Origin: Cercozoa sp. M6MM
Lineage: Eukaryota > Protista > Endomyxa: Ascetosporea
Length of the DNA: 64,000 nucleotides
Direction: 5' to 3' (one strand)
NCBI GenBank assembly: GCA_040357565.1
Contig: JBDODJ010000013.1
Shown here one piece after another: positions 1-14,421 of the stretch; position 1 is the first letter of the stretch, and every line of letters begins with the position of its first letter. The notes beneath the pieces are model-generated. The model was not told the origin of the DNA. It saw only the letters and a list, made by a program, of their open reading frames with translations, and did not search any database. A program made the translations under genes and the position numbers.

Positions 1-181
1 CGGGCCTTACCCAGCCGCTGGTCGACGTACTCGACACCGCCCACGGCCAGAATGAGTCGCGAGAGCTCGGCACGGCCCTGAAACACTCGGACTTACTCAC
101 GGCAAAAAAGCGCGGAAGCACACACCAAGCGAAACTTAACAAACACACCTTGCCGTTGAAGTAGGTGAGAGTGAGCGGCAT
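1..181 (-). CDS. Glutathione S-transferase (sigma-like), 5' part only; runs off the window
   Basis: Exons 181-149 and 77-11 with GT-AG introns give MPLTLTYFNGK|GRAELSRLILAVGGVEYVDQRL. This matches the GST N-terminal pattern LxYFxxxGRAExxR with the catalytic Tyr. Confidence 0.85.
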   Translation of the reverse strand, partial: MPLTLTYFNGKVCLLSFAWCVLPRFFAVSKSECFRAVPSSRDSFWPWAVSSTSTSGWVRP

Positions 182-652
182 TGTGGCTGTAGTAGCGTCA
201 GTGCAAACAAACGCAACAAAAAGCGATGAAAGCAAAGAAAGAAATCGAGTGTGATGGGCGAATGGAATAGTGCGACCACTTTCTGATTCTGTGCTGAAAC
301 GACCGAAGGAGTGGAAGCTTCCAAAACAATCAAACGATCATCCCAGCCAACACGGGGCCGTTTTGGGATCAAATCATTGTGCGAGCAGCTGCTCATTTGT
401 TGGTGAAGTCGAACGGATAGCTTTTGGATTTTTTAAATCATGTAGCGCGGAGCCGAATAGTGCTCTGGCGGGCTTGGTCGAAATATCCTGTCGATTTTTT
501 AAATTTGGAGCCGTGCTTGGAGATTGTACGCAACATACGCTGCACTGGCAAAATCGATAAATAATCATGGCGGTGTATGTGTTCCATTCGTCCGGCCACC
601 GAAGGAAACTGGAAATAGTGAAGCCTGGGTAGATGGAAGTCCATGCATCCGT

Positions 653-3986
<3,334 letters not shown>

Positions 3987-4333
3987 TGCCTAGCAGAAAA
4001 ACAGAGAAGATAAAACATCGCACTCAACGCAGGCGTCTTCTTTTGCTCGATCATGCGCGATGAGTCGAAACATTGATTGGGTGCGCCCGAACAGATCAAC
4101 CGAGAACAAAAATGTGCTAGCACAATAGTAAAGGTACCTCCTTGGAATGTGCACCTACTCACGCCCCACACAATTAATATTGGGCGTAAAGCGAAACAAA
4201 CTGGGCGTTTTTTAAAGAACCTGCGTTTTTTAAGGAGGGTGACGTCTCATTATAGCCGGCAGCACCAGAACCTGCAAAACAACACAAATCGCCTTTTTGT
4301 GTTGTTTAACTGACGGATTGCAACTTCCAGAGC

Positions 4334-7300
4334 ATGCCCTCGCCCCCTGGTAGATTAGATTTGCATTTCCTTGCAGGACTTTCGATCGCTCGCAGCAGCA
4401 AAAATCGGAAACTGGCTTCTTTTTGCCCCAAGCCTAAAAAATCTTTTGTGTTATTGTTGTGCAAGCAGTGCGCCTTGATGCCTTCGCGCCCCCCATTCGT
4501 ATTCCCTCGACCGCACCGGTCGAGCAGCAAAAGAAACTAGAGCAGGTGATGTCGCCCACCTTCATGATGCGTGAGTCGGCGTCCAACATGGAGCGTAGCG
4601 TGGTTCAGCTTCGTGTTGTCATTTCGGCGCCTTCCCGTGAGTTGTTCTGGTCGAACGAGCCGCCACAGGAAGCAGGCGGATCGGGTGTTGTCGTTCTTCT
4701 CAATGAGTCAGTTTATGTCATGACCTTGTTACTCACTTTCTACGTGCTTTGTGTGTGCAGAAAGAAGTACATTCTCACGTGCGGCCACGTGATTGCCGAC
4801 GCACAGGTGATTACGCTGGCGCGCGACCAGGACAATGTTTCCGTTCCGCTTCGTCTTGTGTCGGTCTTTCACGAGGTACAGCTTGCACATTTCGTGACAT
4901 GAGCACTTCTTAGGAGTCGTCGTTGCTCCCCTGTAGGTCGATCTGGCGCTGCTGGAGCGCGTGCCGCAGAGTGAACTGAATCCCAACGATTTCGAAGTCG
5001 ATGACATCGCTGCTGTACCATCATTCTGTCTGCACCTTCAAAAACCGTATTTTACCCGAATTCAGGTGTGGGACGATCTCTCTTCTCTGGACCTGTACGA
5101 TCGCAACAAGGGTCTGCCCGTTCGCAGCGAGCAGGTCTCCGTCATTGGTTTCCCGATGGTGAGCTTTCTGTCTCGAGGCAGTTTCCTTGGTATGAGTGAC
5201 TAACCTGCCTGGTTGTCACAGGGCGGAACGTCGTTGTGCTTGACCCGTGGCGTCGTGTCGCGAGTGGAAATGACGCAAACCGCTCACTCGGGCAACTCGT
5301 CGCTCGCTGTGCAAGTGGACGCTGCCATTAACTTTGGCAACAGCGGTGCGGGACTTCGGTGTTTTTCATTGTTGTGTGTTTGTGTGATAACTGTGTCTTA
5401 CAGGTGGTGCTCTTATCAAGGACGGCAAGCTGCTTGGCATTGTTCACCAGGGCTTTGACCAGCTGCAGTCGCACGTAGCTTACTTTCGTGCATTGTTGGA
5501 GCTTGCTGTTTTTTTTTTTACTCATGTCTTTTTATTTCAGGGCGAAGCGATCGCGATGCCTGTGGTGACACACTTCCTGCGGCAATCGATGCGCCTCATG
5601 TCCGAATGTACTCACACTAGAGTGATACGCATATCCAGTGTTTAATAAATGCAAACTGTGTGTAGCTACGGAACGCCCGGTCAAGTGTCGCCTCGCCGTG
5701 TTGGGTGCCGCGCAGGCGCAGCCGCTTTTGGACGATCCGAAACTGCGCCGCTTCCTGCAGGTGCCGGCCTCGCACACTGGGTATAAAGAGCTACATCCTT
5801 CTCCTGTTGTCTGTCGACACATTTTGTGATACAGAGGTGTGTGGCTGCGTCGTGTCCCGCGTCAGCTGAAGTACGCGATGGATGGTATCGACACGTCAAT
5901 CAAATGTTGTGTGTGCTAATTTTCGTCTTTAAACAGGCGAGGTGAAGGATGACGATGTGCTCCTTTGCATCGATGGTCTGCCTGTCCGTGGTATAGTTGC
6001 ATTTGTGCATGTTCCGTTCATTCAAGATAGTCAAGTAATCGCAGGTGACGCTACTGTGGCTGTGCCCGAAATGGAGTCGCCCGTCTCGCTGAGTTACCTC
6101 TGCCAGCAGAAGTAAGTTATCCTTCTGCTTTTCTGTTTTCTACATTGCTTTGGACACTGTTGTGCAAAGGGAAGTGGGCGACACGATCGATGTTACGCTG
6201 TGGCGGCCGTCCGAGAAGCGTCTGATCGAAACGCAAATCGCGCTCGAAGATTCCACACGCATCTCGCCTGTGCGACCCTTCGAGTAGCATGCATTCTCAT
6301 TCTATTTTGTACAATCAATGCTTTATTCTGATGTTTCTGTTTCAGGTACGACACGCCGTCGTCGTGGCTACTGCTGGACGGCATGGTGTGCACGCGATTG
6401 ACGCTGCCGCTGTTGGAGGCGCTGCAGCGCGTGTCGGTATCATGGTTCTTTGCTTTGCTTTCGAAACAGGTATTACCTGAATGTTTGAAGGTGCGTCTCG
6501 CAAGCTTCCTCGAGGATCAGGTACACGCAATTCTCTCGTGTTCAACGCGGCTTTTTAATGTTGTATTCGTTGGAACAGAGTGGCGTGCAAAGCGCACTGC
6601 GTTCCATCCTGGCCAAAGAGCAAATGCCCGAGGGATACGAGTTGCACGAATTCCAGATCGTGGTATGTCCTCCGACATGTCCTCTGTGTTGTGTTGTATC
6701 TTATTTTCGGCGGTAGGTGGTCGCCGATGTTCTCCAAGATCATGCGAACCGCACCCTTTGTACTTTTTTCTTTCATACATCATCGACTGTTATCTTTACG
6801 TGTTTTGACCGTACTTTTTAGCGAACGCGACGGCACACGTGATGAAGAAGTTCGACGGCGTGCGCATTTTCAACCTGCGGCACCTCAAGCAGTTGGTGCG
6901 TTCGCCGTGTATTTCAACTGTTTTTATAAAATAAAACGAGAAACAGTATTTCTTGTAGATGGAAAACGCTACGAACCGCGCTTCGGAGAAGCCCGAACTT
7001 TCTCTTGTACGCTTCTTGTGTTGTTGTGACCACTCTGTCTGAGGAAAGTCAGTTGTTTTTCCGCAGGTTCGTGTTGACTTCACGGATGACACGTCGGTCG
7101 TTGTGGATGTCCTGGACGCTGCGCGTCGTCTGCCTGCTCTGATGACGCAGTACAGGTAGTTTAGACTTATCCCTCATACAGACAACTTTGTGTGTAGTGA
7201 ATGCCACATCTTTGTGCTGCAGAGTGCCGGCACCTCTGAGTCGTGACCTGATGAGCAAGGAGGTACTGTACATTGTTCAAGTGCCACCGAATCGTTGAAC

Positions 7301-7481
7301 TGGGATTGCATGCGTGGTGTTTTAGGAGAGCGCAATGTTCGAAGAAATGTACAAGGCGCAGCAGCGTATGATGTTCGGCGGTGGTGACTCGGACGACGAG
7401 GAAGCGCTGCTCGACTCTGGTGCCATCGTTTACGAGGACGTCGATGAGGACGCCGACAATGACGGTGGCATGCACTACTAA
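4334..7481 (+). CDS. Deg/HtrA serine protease with PDZ-like C-terminal region; many exons
   Basis: Spliced triad motifs ILTCGHV (His), VDLALL (Asp), AVQVDAAINFGNSGG (Ser); also VIGFPMGG and TRGVVSR. Acidic tail ends at TAA 7479-7481. Start at 4334 is inferred from an in-frame splice. Confidence 0.9.
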
Positions 7482-7504
7482 CAGATGAATGCCACCGTGC
7501 GGAA

Positions 7505-9144
7505 TCACCTGTTCCACTTGCGCTTGTTGGGCGCCGACAACGCGAACGGAATAATTCGGCTCTGTTTCTCTCTTTTTGCGTTAACTAACCTGACGTAACT
7601 AAGTACCGTACTGGCGTCGCTTCTAGCACGGTAGCGTAGCTGTTCCAAGAGTCCACGCCACGAGAGGTCGGCGGAACTGCGACCATCACAGCGAGTGGAA
7701 TGCCCTGCTGCCAACAAGGAGGCAACACTAGACAGACTACATCTACGCTAGCCAAACTGGCACGGAGTGAAGAAGCGCCGGCAGAAAGCGAGCCTGTTCG
7801 TACCGTCGCGTTCCTAGAACGTTCGTTGGACGTCTCACTGAATGAATTCGATTACAATTGTAAGTTTACACGTACTCGCGTAAGCTCAGTAATTGCATGG
7901 CATGTGTCCAGTCGTGAATAATACGGCCGTCTGTGTACGTACATGAACTGCAACTCGGTGCTGGTGGCCGACGGCGCTCGTGCCTACATGTACGCCAGTC
8001 AGTCAGGATTTCCTCCGGCACAAGTTTCCAGTTCCGTCATTGGCGTCGCCGAGTTCTCCAAGTTGTGACACAGGGATCTGTCGTAAACGCAAAGACATTT
8101 TAAACATCCGAGTGCACGTGGCGAGGACACGGTGCACGTACTGTAAATTACCCGCAACGCGTGTGCTATCAGGCGGCAAAAAACTGAGTCAGGGTGCAGC
8201 ATCTCATCAATGTCCAGCGCCGATTTGGTCCAGCATCACAGGCGACAAGTCGCGCAAGCAGAACGTGTCTGCATCGAGCCTGTAACACTTGACTTTACCT
8301 CATCGTTGTGGCCAAAGATACTAAATTCCTATACCAGATGCCTCCAAATATGTGCAGCCAAGTTTGACGGATGATATCAGAACGTTGTGCAGGCAGCACA
8401 CGCAGCAGTTGCGTCCACAATGATGCAGCATATTCTTCAGCTTGTTTAATTGAGGCAGCTGGGACACGTGCAGTGCATGTTTACAGTGGTTTGGGGTTTG
8501 TTGAGGTACCTGAATTCTCGTCCAAATACATGCCTGCCCAGTACCTGGTGATTTCCTGCAGTCACAAACGACTGGTTTCACATTGACACAGAGTGAGAGT
8601 GCAAATTAAAAGATCAATTTACCCTGAAAGCGGTGCCGGGATCGATGATCTGAAACTGCCTGCCGTGATGAAACGAGCACGTGCGAAGTAACAGAGGCAT
8701 GTAGATCGGCATTTCACCCTCCCAGTAGGTCCATACTGTTCGCTCTAGCACGTGTGCAGGTTGTTGCATGTGCTGGTGCACTCTGGGACGTGTCATACTT
8801 TGCAGCTACATACAAAGGAACATGACGTCGATGAAGAGCAGCCTTGGACTAAAATAAACTGAAAAAAGCACTCGCGGCACCTCGGATAATGACAAACGAT
8901 CGAATGCAAACGTCCCATTTTCAGTCGGCGCGAATGGATGAAACCCTGAGGGCGTCGCTGGTTCAAACCACTGACGCAGCAGCAGCAAGACCCCAACTGC
9001 CACCACCACGAATGCAAACCAACGCTGTTGTGGATCACGTACAGTTGGCAACCTTTGAACAAAAGAAATGAACTGAAACTGACTCGAAATCACCTGAACT
9101 TAGTTTAGCGTTTGGAGCTAAATTTACTTTTCAGCGCATGACAT
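7505..9144 (-). CDS. DxD-motif glycosyltransferase (GT32/capsular-synthesis-like), type II membrane protein
   Basis: N-terminal TM WFAFVVVAVGVLLLL, then TVWTYWEG and spliced RSDIIRQTWLHIFGGIW|LDAD, matching SDxxR..GGxWxDxD. Both ends tentative. Confidence 0.7.
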
Positions 9145-9784
9145 CTTGCAATGTCTTAATGTGCTTCGATCACGAGGCACTCTTCGACGCAAAATGCCTA
9201 ATACGACTCCGAACAGATTTCTGAATATCAAATACGGACCGAGAAAATACGGATTCGAAACGCCCAAACGGCTGTGTCATTTCTCAGTCTGTATCTGCCC
9301 CACTTGAGGTGCGAAAACACGGATTCGAGGTTGAAGGGTTTTCACAAGGGTCTCCACTTCATCACCCGAGGGCTGAACCTCGTCTCCTCCAGTACCCCCG
9401 GCAGCCGCGCCACATTATTTTTTTAAGACTGGATTTGAATTGGTTTTCTGCAGTTTCTGCTCGACAAGTACTTGAGCCCGGCCCTGAGTCGACATTAAGT
9501 GTTGCTGGCGTGTGTGCGTGCAACAGTTGTGAGTTTGAGAAGGCTTAGAGCTCGTGACGGGAGTCAAGGCAGCAGCTTTTTTTTGTCGTTGTTGGAAAAA
9601 CGGGAAAGCGCCCAGGGCTGCGACCAGCGACGTCTCCAGTGTCAGAAATAGCAGAGATAGCAGAGTGTCAGTGTCAGTGAAAGCCCAAAGTGCGACATGT
9701 CGTGGTTTCGCAAGAAGAGCCACAAGGAGAGTGCGACAAAGCTGTCCGTTCCCTCTCACACTGACTCTAACCAAGCAAGTGCAA

Positions 9785-11305
9785 ATGAGCCCTCTCCTGA
9801 CTGGGTCGTCGTGCAGGAGGCACCCAGGTCACTTTGCTCACAGCACGGGCACAGTTTTGCTTGATTTCGCTTGGTTTCGCGTTGTTTGCTTTGGATTCGC
9901 TTTGTTTTGGCTTTTCGCTTGCTTTCGCGTTATTTCGCTTTGTTTCGCTTGATTTCGCATTGTTTCGCTTGATTTCGCATTGTTTCGCTTGATTTCGCAT
10001 TGTTTCGCTTGATTTCGCATTGTTTCGCTTGATTTCGCATTGTTTCGCTTGAATGTGTTTGGTGTGACCGCGCAGTCGCGAGAAGCAGATCACGCAGCTG
10101 CTGCAGCAGTGTCAGGGCGTGCAGGCGGCCAATGCGCAGCGCACGTCGTTCGATGTGCCGCTGGCGGGACCGGCACAGCACTTGCGTTTCCAAGTCGTGC
10201 TGCCGCCGGGCTTTCCGCAAGAAGCGCCGCGCTTTGTGTTCGCGTCGGTGCGCGTGCAGCACGAACTCGTCGATTTGAGCGGTCACATTCAGCACCGGGT
10301 ATGGTCTCTTTTTGTCACCCCCCCCCCCCCTGCCCATATTCCCTATCCCATTACCCCCTACCCCATTACCTCCTACCCCATTACCCCCTACCCCATTACC
10401 TCCTACCCCATTACCCCCTACCCCATTACCCCCTTATCCCACCCACCAGGCATTGCAAAGCTGGACGGCACACACGTCGCTGGCGCAGTTGGTGAACGAG
10501 GTGCGCGCCGAGTTCGCGCAGAAGCCGCCGCAAGAGGTGGCACTGCAGGCACCGAGTGGCTACTACCGGCCCGTCCAACCTGTCCAACCAACTGGTCAGC
10601 CGACTGGTCAACAGACTGGTCAACCGACTGGTCAACCGGCTGGTCAGCAGCCTGTGCAACCGGAGGTGCAGCAGAAGAGACAGCACCACATCCCAGCGCC
10701 GCCAGTGCCACCGACGTTCGACGAACTGCAGGAGCTCTCGGTGTCGCGACTGCGCAAGGTGCTCACGGACGAGCGGCGCCTGGCCGACCTGTGCGCCGAA
10801 CTCGACGTGGTGCGACAACTCTACGTCGTACAGGCGGAGCTGTACGAGGCCGTCGGCGAGATCAGCACGGACACGCTTGAGAAACGCGAGCAACTCGACC
10901 AGGCACGTGCCGAGTACGACACCGCGCGCACGCACTTCGACGCCTCTGTTCAGCAGCGACAAGAGCTGCTGCAGCGCCACCGCGCCGTCGCCTCGCGCAC
11001 CTCGCCTGCCGCCATCGCCGCCGAACTCGACGCTGCTGTCGATGCTTCCGACGCACTCAGCGAGGAGCTTCTCGATGACTTCTTGGGTACTCCAGCTACA
11101 TGGCTTTGTAGACAACTCTGTTGACCTGCCCATGCACTGTCCCGTAGGCTCTGACGAAGGCAGTCTCACGGCCTTCCTCAAGCAGTACAAATCGCAGCGA
11201 GAGAAGCTGCACAACATGCAGATCATGCGCGAACGCATCGACGTGCAAACTTCGGCCGCCGGCGACGTCGTGCAGGCGCCCTACGCGAGTTTCGACATGC
11301 GCTAA
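9785..11305 (+). CDS. VPS37: ESCRT-I subunit VPS37-like (UEV-like N-terminus, Pro/Gln linker, Mod(r) domain)
   Basis: Exons ~9785-9804 (tentative), 10076-10298, 10451-11086, 11148-11305. Motifs: VVLPPGFPQEAP (UEV-like), PPVPPTFDELQELS, and SEELLDDFL..FLKQYKSQREKLH (Mod(r)-like). Confidence 0.75.
9941..10051. repeat. 20-bp tandem repeat (TGTTTCGCTTGATTTCGCAT) x~5.5 with degenerate upstream copies, intronic
   Basis: Directly visible; the unit is itself two related 10-mers. Confidence 0.95.
10345..10435. repeat. 15-bp C-rich tandem repeat (TTACCYCCTACCCCA) in a VPS37 intron
   Basis: Directly visible, about 6 copies, between the GT at 10299 and the AG at 10450. Confidence 0.95.
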
Positions 11306-11449
11306 GCCTCTCTGTCTCCTTGTTTCCTTGTTTCTATCTTACGTTGCGCACAATGACATACTGGCCAGCCAACAACCCTGAGAACCAAGTAACGCTCAAC
11401 AACTGTCAAAGGACAGCCAGCCTCCCAGCTGGTCACCAAGAGGTCCCCG

Positions 11450-13687
11450 ACATGTTTGTTTTGTTGAGGTTTTCGAGTGGAGGGACAGAAGAACCGACGT
11501 CGCCGACGAGCCTCTCTGCTTGTTGCCCGCAAGGACCGATCATGAAGTCGACTTCGTTGTCTGGGAAACGCCAGAAGAGGAGTTGGATGGTCCTACCGTA
11601 CCCTGAGCGGGTGGTAGGCCCGTACGACCGTGCTCTTGTTACCCACTCCAGATTAATGCAGAGGACCTACGCTACATACTGTAGTTGGTTTCTTATAACA
11701 ACTAAAGTTCGCCGCGTTCGATTGCGTCGATGCATCATGAGACTTTACTGTATCCGCGCGGAAGCAACCCTACAACTTACAAAAATCCTCAAGAGAGGTG
11801 TAAAAGATCTTGACGTGTGTTCGCTGGGAAGCCTTGAGCAAGCTTTTTGCAGCTGAACTCAAAGAAGGGCTCTCGCTCGACCAGAGGCTCTTCTTTTCTT
11901 GACTTCACGCCAACTCAATTTCCATCTAACGGGTGCCTTTCCCGTCCACCATCAGTGCTTTGCCGCCCAACTGAACCGTTGGGGTAACTCACTCTTCCAA
12001 ACTGACACTTGGCCACTCTCTCTCCAAGAACAGACTTTCTTACGTTCCTTAGTTTTTTTTTTGTATCACTGGCAAAGTGCCCTCAATTTACCAAGGCCTG
12101 ATCCCTATCTGAGAGGGCTGCGGTAACGTAACAGAAACCCTGAAAGAGGTGTTGAGGATGCCCGAGGTGTTTGAAAGGCCAGGTGTTCAGTTTCTATGTC
12201 GGAACGAAAGACGCCCAGCGGGGGAGCCCTTTCAACTGTATTAGTAAGGCGTCTCGTGCAGAATCGGGATGCCGCCTGCCAGTGCAAGTGGTTAAACTGC
12301 ATGTTCCTCGTGAATGGCGCGCCAGATTTTTGAGTATTTCTTGCGCAAATCGGCGTGCTGGAAAACCGGTTGATCATAACAGCTAGGAACAACCTCGGAC
12401 AGACCAGCGTAAAAAAACAGTACCTGTTTGTGCGCTGACGTTGCGCGAACGTCTTGACGTTCGGCGAGGCCGTACAGGAAGGTGCCTAAACGCACATAGT
12501 GTATCATATCCTGTCATGTTGAAGAAGAAAACAGACGTGTGAAGGTTACCCATGAGCACACGACGCTTATTGAAGAATCCATCCATCTTCTCGCGCAAGT
12601 CGCGTCGTTGCCACAGATAGGCGTTCTTTTTCACTTCGTATTTCTGTACAGAAGAACCGCGCGGATGCAAGAGTGAACACATCTGGATTGAAGTATTTGA
12701 CTTGATACCTCCTCTGCACGGGTCGCACTCTTGCTCGTGGCAATCACCTGCAAAGTCAAAAGAGTCTCGAAATATGTTGGGTTTGGAGCAATTTCTGTGT
12801 GAATTTGAAAGTGTCATACGCTGCCCTCGGCGATGCGCTGACCTTCGGCCGATCGACGCTTCTTGTCGCGTTTGAAGGCGGCACAGTCGAAGGCGCGCTT
12901 GCCTATGTTGAGTTTCAAGGTTGGCTAAGCTATGATGTATTCGAAGAGGAGAAGTACTCTTGGTGTAGCGCTTGTGCATGGCGCGAATCTGCTTGGCCTC
13001 CAGGTCGAGCGAGCCCAGCTTGGTCACGAATGCTACAGGAAGACAGGGACTACCATCCACATTTGGGACAAAGAGAGGGATGCAAGGGTACCCTTGTAGA
13101 AGACGTCGCGTTCGAACTTGTCCTCTTCGACGTTGCGAGCAATGTTGGCGCTGGCACGTGCGCAGATCTGTCCGACCGTCTCGCCGTTGATGGTGTCGGT
13201 GTCGGCACTGCTGCGTAACATCTCGCTCTCATCCTTCTCCTCGATGTCGGCGGCTTCGGCCGCTCCCGGAGCACCGGCTCGTTCTTCCTCGGGTGCCGGC
13301 GGTCGAGATGCAGCCTCGCGAGCGAGCTCAGCTGCCACACGTTCCTCTTCGGCCTGGACACATAAACCTCAGTCAAAAACAACCCAATAATAAGCTTAAG
13401 AAAATACCTCGGCCTCGTGGCGGAACGGTCCCTTAGAGGCATCGAACAACACGTTGGCGAACTTGCTATTAGCGTCGATGGCCTGGTGACGCACGTGGTA
13501 CAGGTTGCTGTGTTCAGAAGCATTCTGGAGTAACCCCTCACCACCAAAAAAGAAAAGCAGTCAAATTTTACCTGGCAGCCTTGTGCAGTTCCACCAGCTC
13601 GTCATGTGCCGCCTCGAATCGGCGCCAACGGCTCAGGAAGTCGCGCTTCTCGGGCTGCTTTGGCGCTTTGCTGCAGAGATTTCCCAT
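11450..13687 (-). CDS. Hypothetical protein with predicted N-myristoylation/palmitoylation motif (MGNLCSK)
   Basis: The first three exons splice in frame: MGNLCSKAPKQPEKRDFLSRWRRFEAAHDELVELHKAA|SNLYHVRHQ..RHEAE|AEEERVAAEL. The 3' end is uncertain. Confidence 0.6.
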
Positions 13688-14421
13688 TTCACAGTGTGTC
13701 TGAGTCTCTTCTCTGTGGGGCTTTCAAGATTTCTGGGAGCTTTCAAGTCTTTCTCTTGGCTGTCTGCGTTGACTTTTGCGGGTTTCCTGTCACAAAAACT
13801 GATACACTCGCACTCACAACGAACTCAAGGGACACAATAGAGCGGCACAAACTGAGTTTCGCGCTTTCACAACCACACACAAAGAATCTGTTGCTGCCTG
13901 CCGCAGGCAACACGAAACTCGGACTCGCGCAGCAGCAATTGTCCCGGCTGCGCTCATTTCCAGGGCATAAAACGTACCTTCAGACTCGCTGTAACGCAAC
14001 CTGCAATAACTTTGCGCAATTCGGCACCAGTGACAGTTTCCCTGGTCGTCAGTCCGACCTCAAACTCTGCTGCAGATGAGGTTGCCACGTGCACAAAGCC
14101 AAACTCCATCCCGAACGCTGCTGCACTGTTCATCTAAAATTACTGCACTGATCATTACAATCATAACCAACACGCGGCCAAGCACAGTAAAAACCCATAA
14201 GAAAGCGTGATCTTTATACAGAAAAGGAAACGGCGCTCATTTTTGTGTGAATCGCTTTTCACACCGTATTGGGTAGTGTTGTTCCTTGTGACTGCACGAC
14301 TTAGTACAAACTATTAATTGCGTGCACCAAAATCGGAACAGGTGCGCCAGGCATACCCAGAACTTGTTTTTATTGTGTGGTTTCTCGTGACTCGACCAAT
14401 CATCGGGTTTTTGTGCGCAGG

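Noticed and set aside
9767-10093. Regular 20-bp repeats resembling a CRISPR array or a repeat protein
   Set aside because: No unique spacers and no cas genes; it is an intronic tandem repeat in a eukaryotic gene.
10426-11238. Long antisense ORFs (also 15971-16582, 19345-20040, 36122-37030)
   Set aside because: Shadows of GC3-rich exons on the opposite strand, with no motifs of their own.
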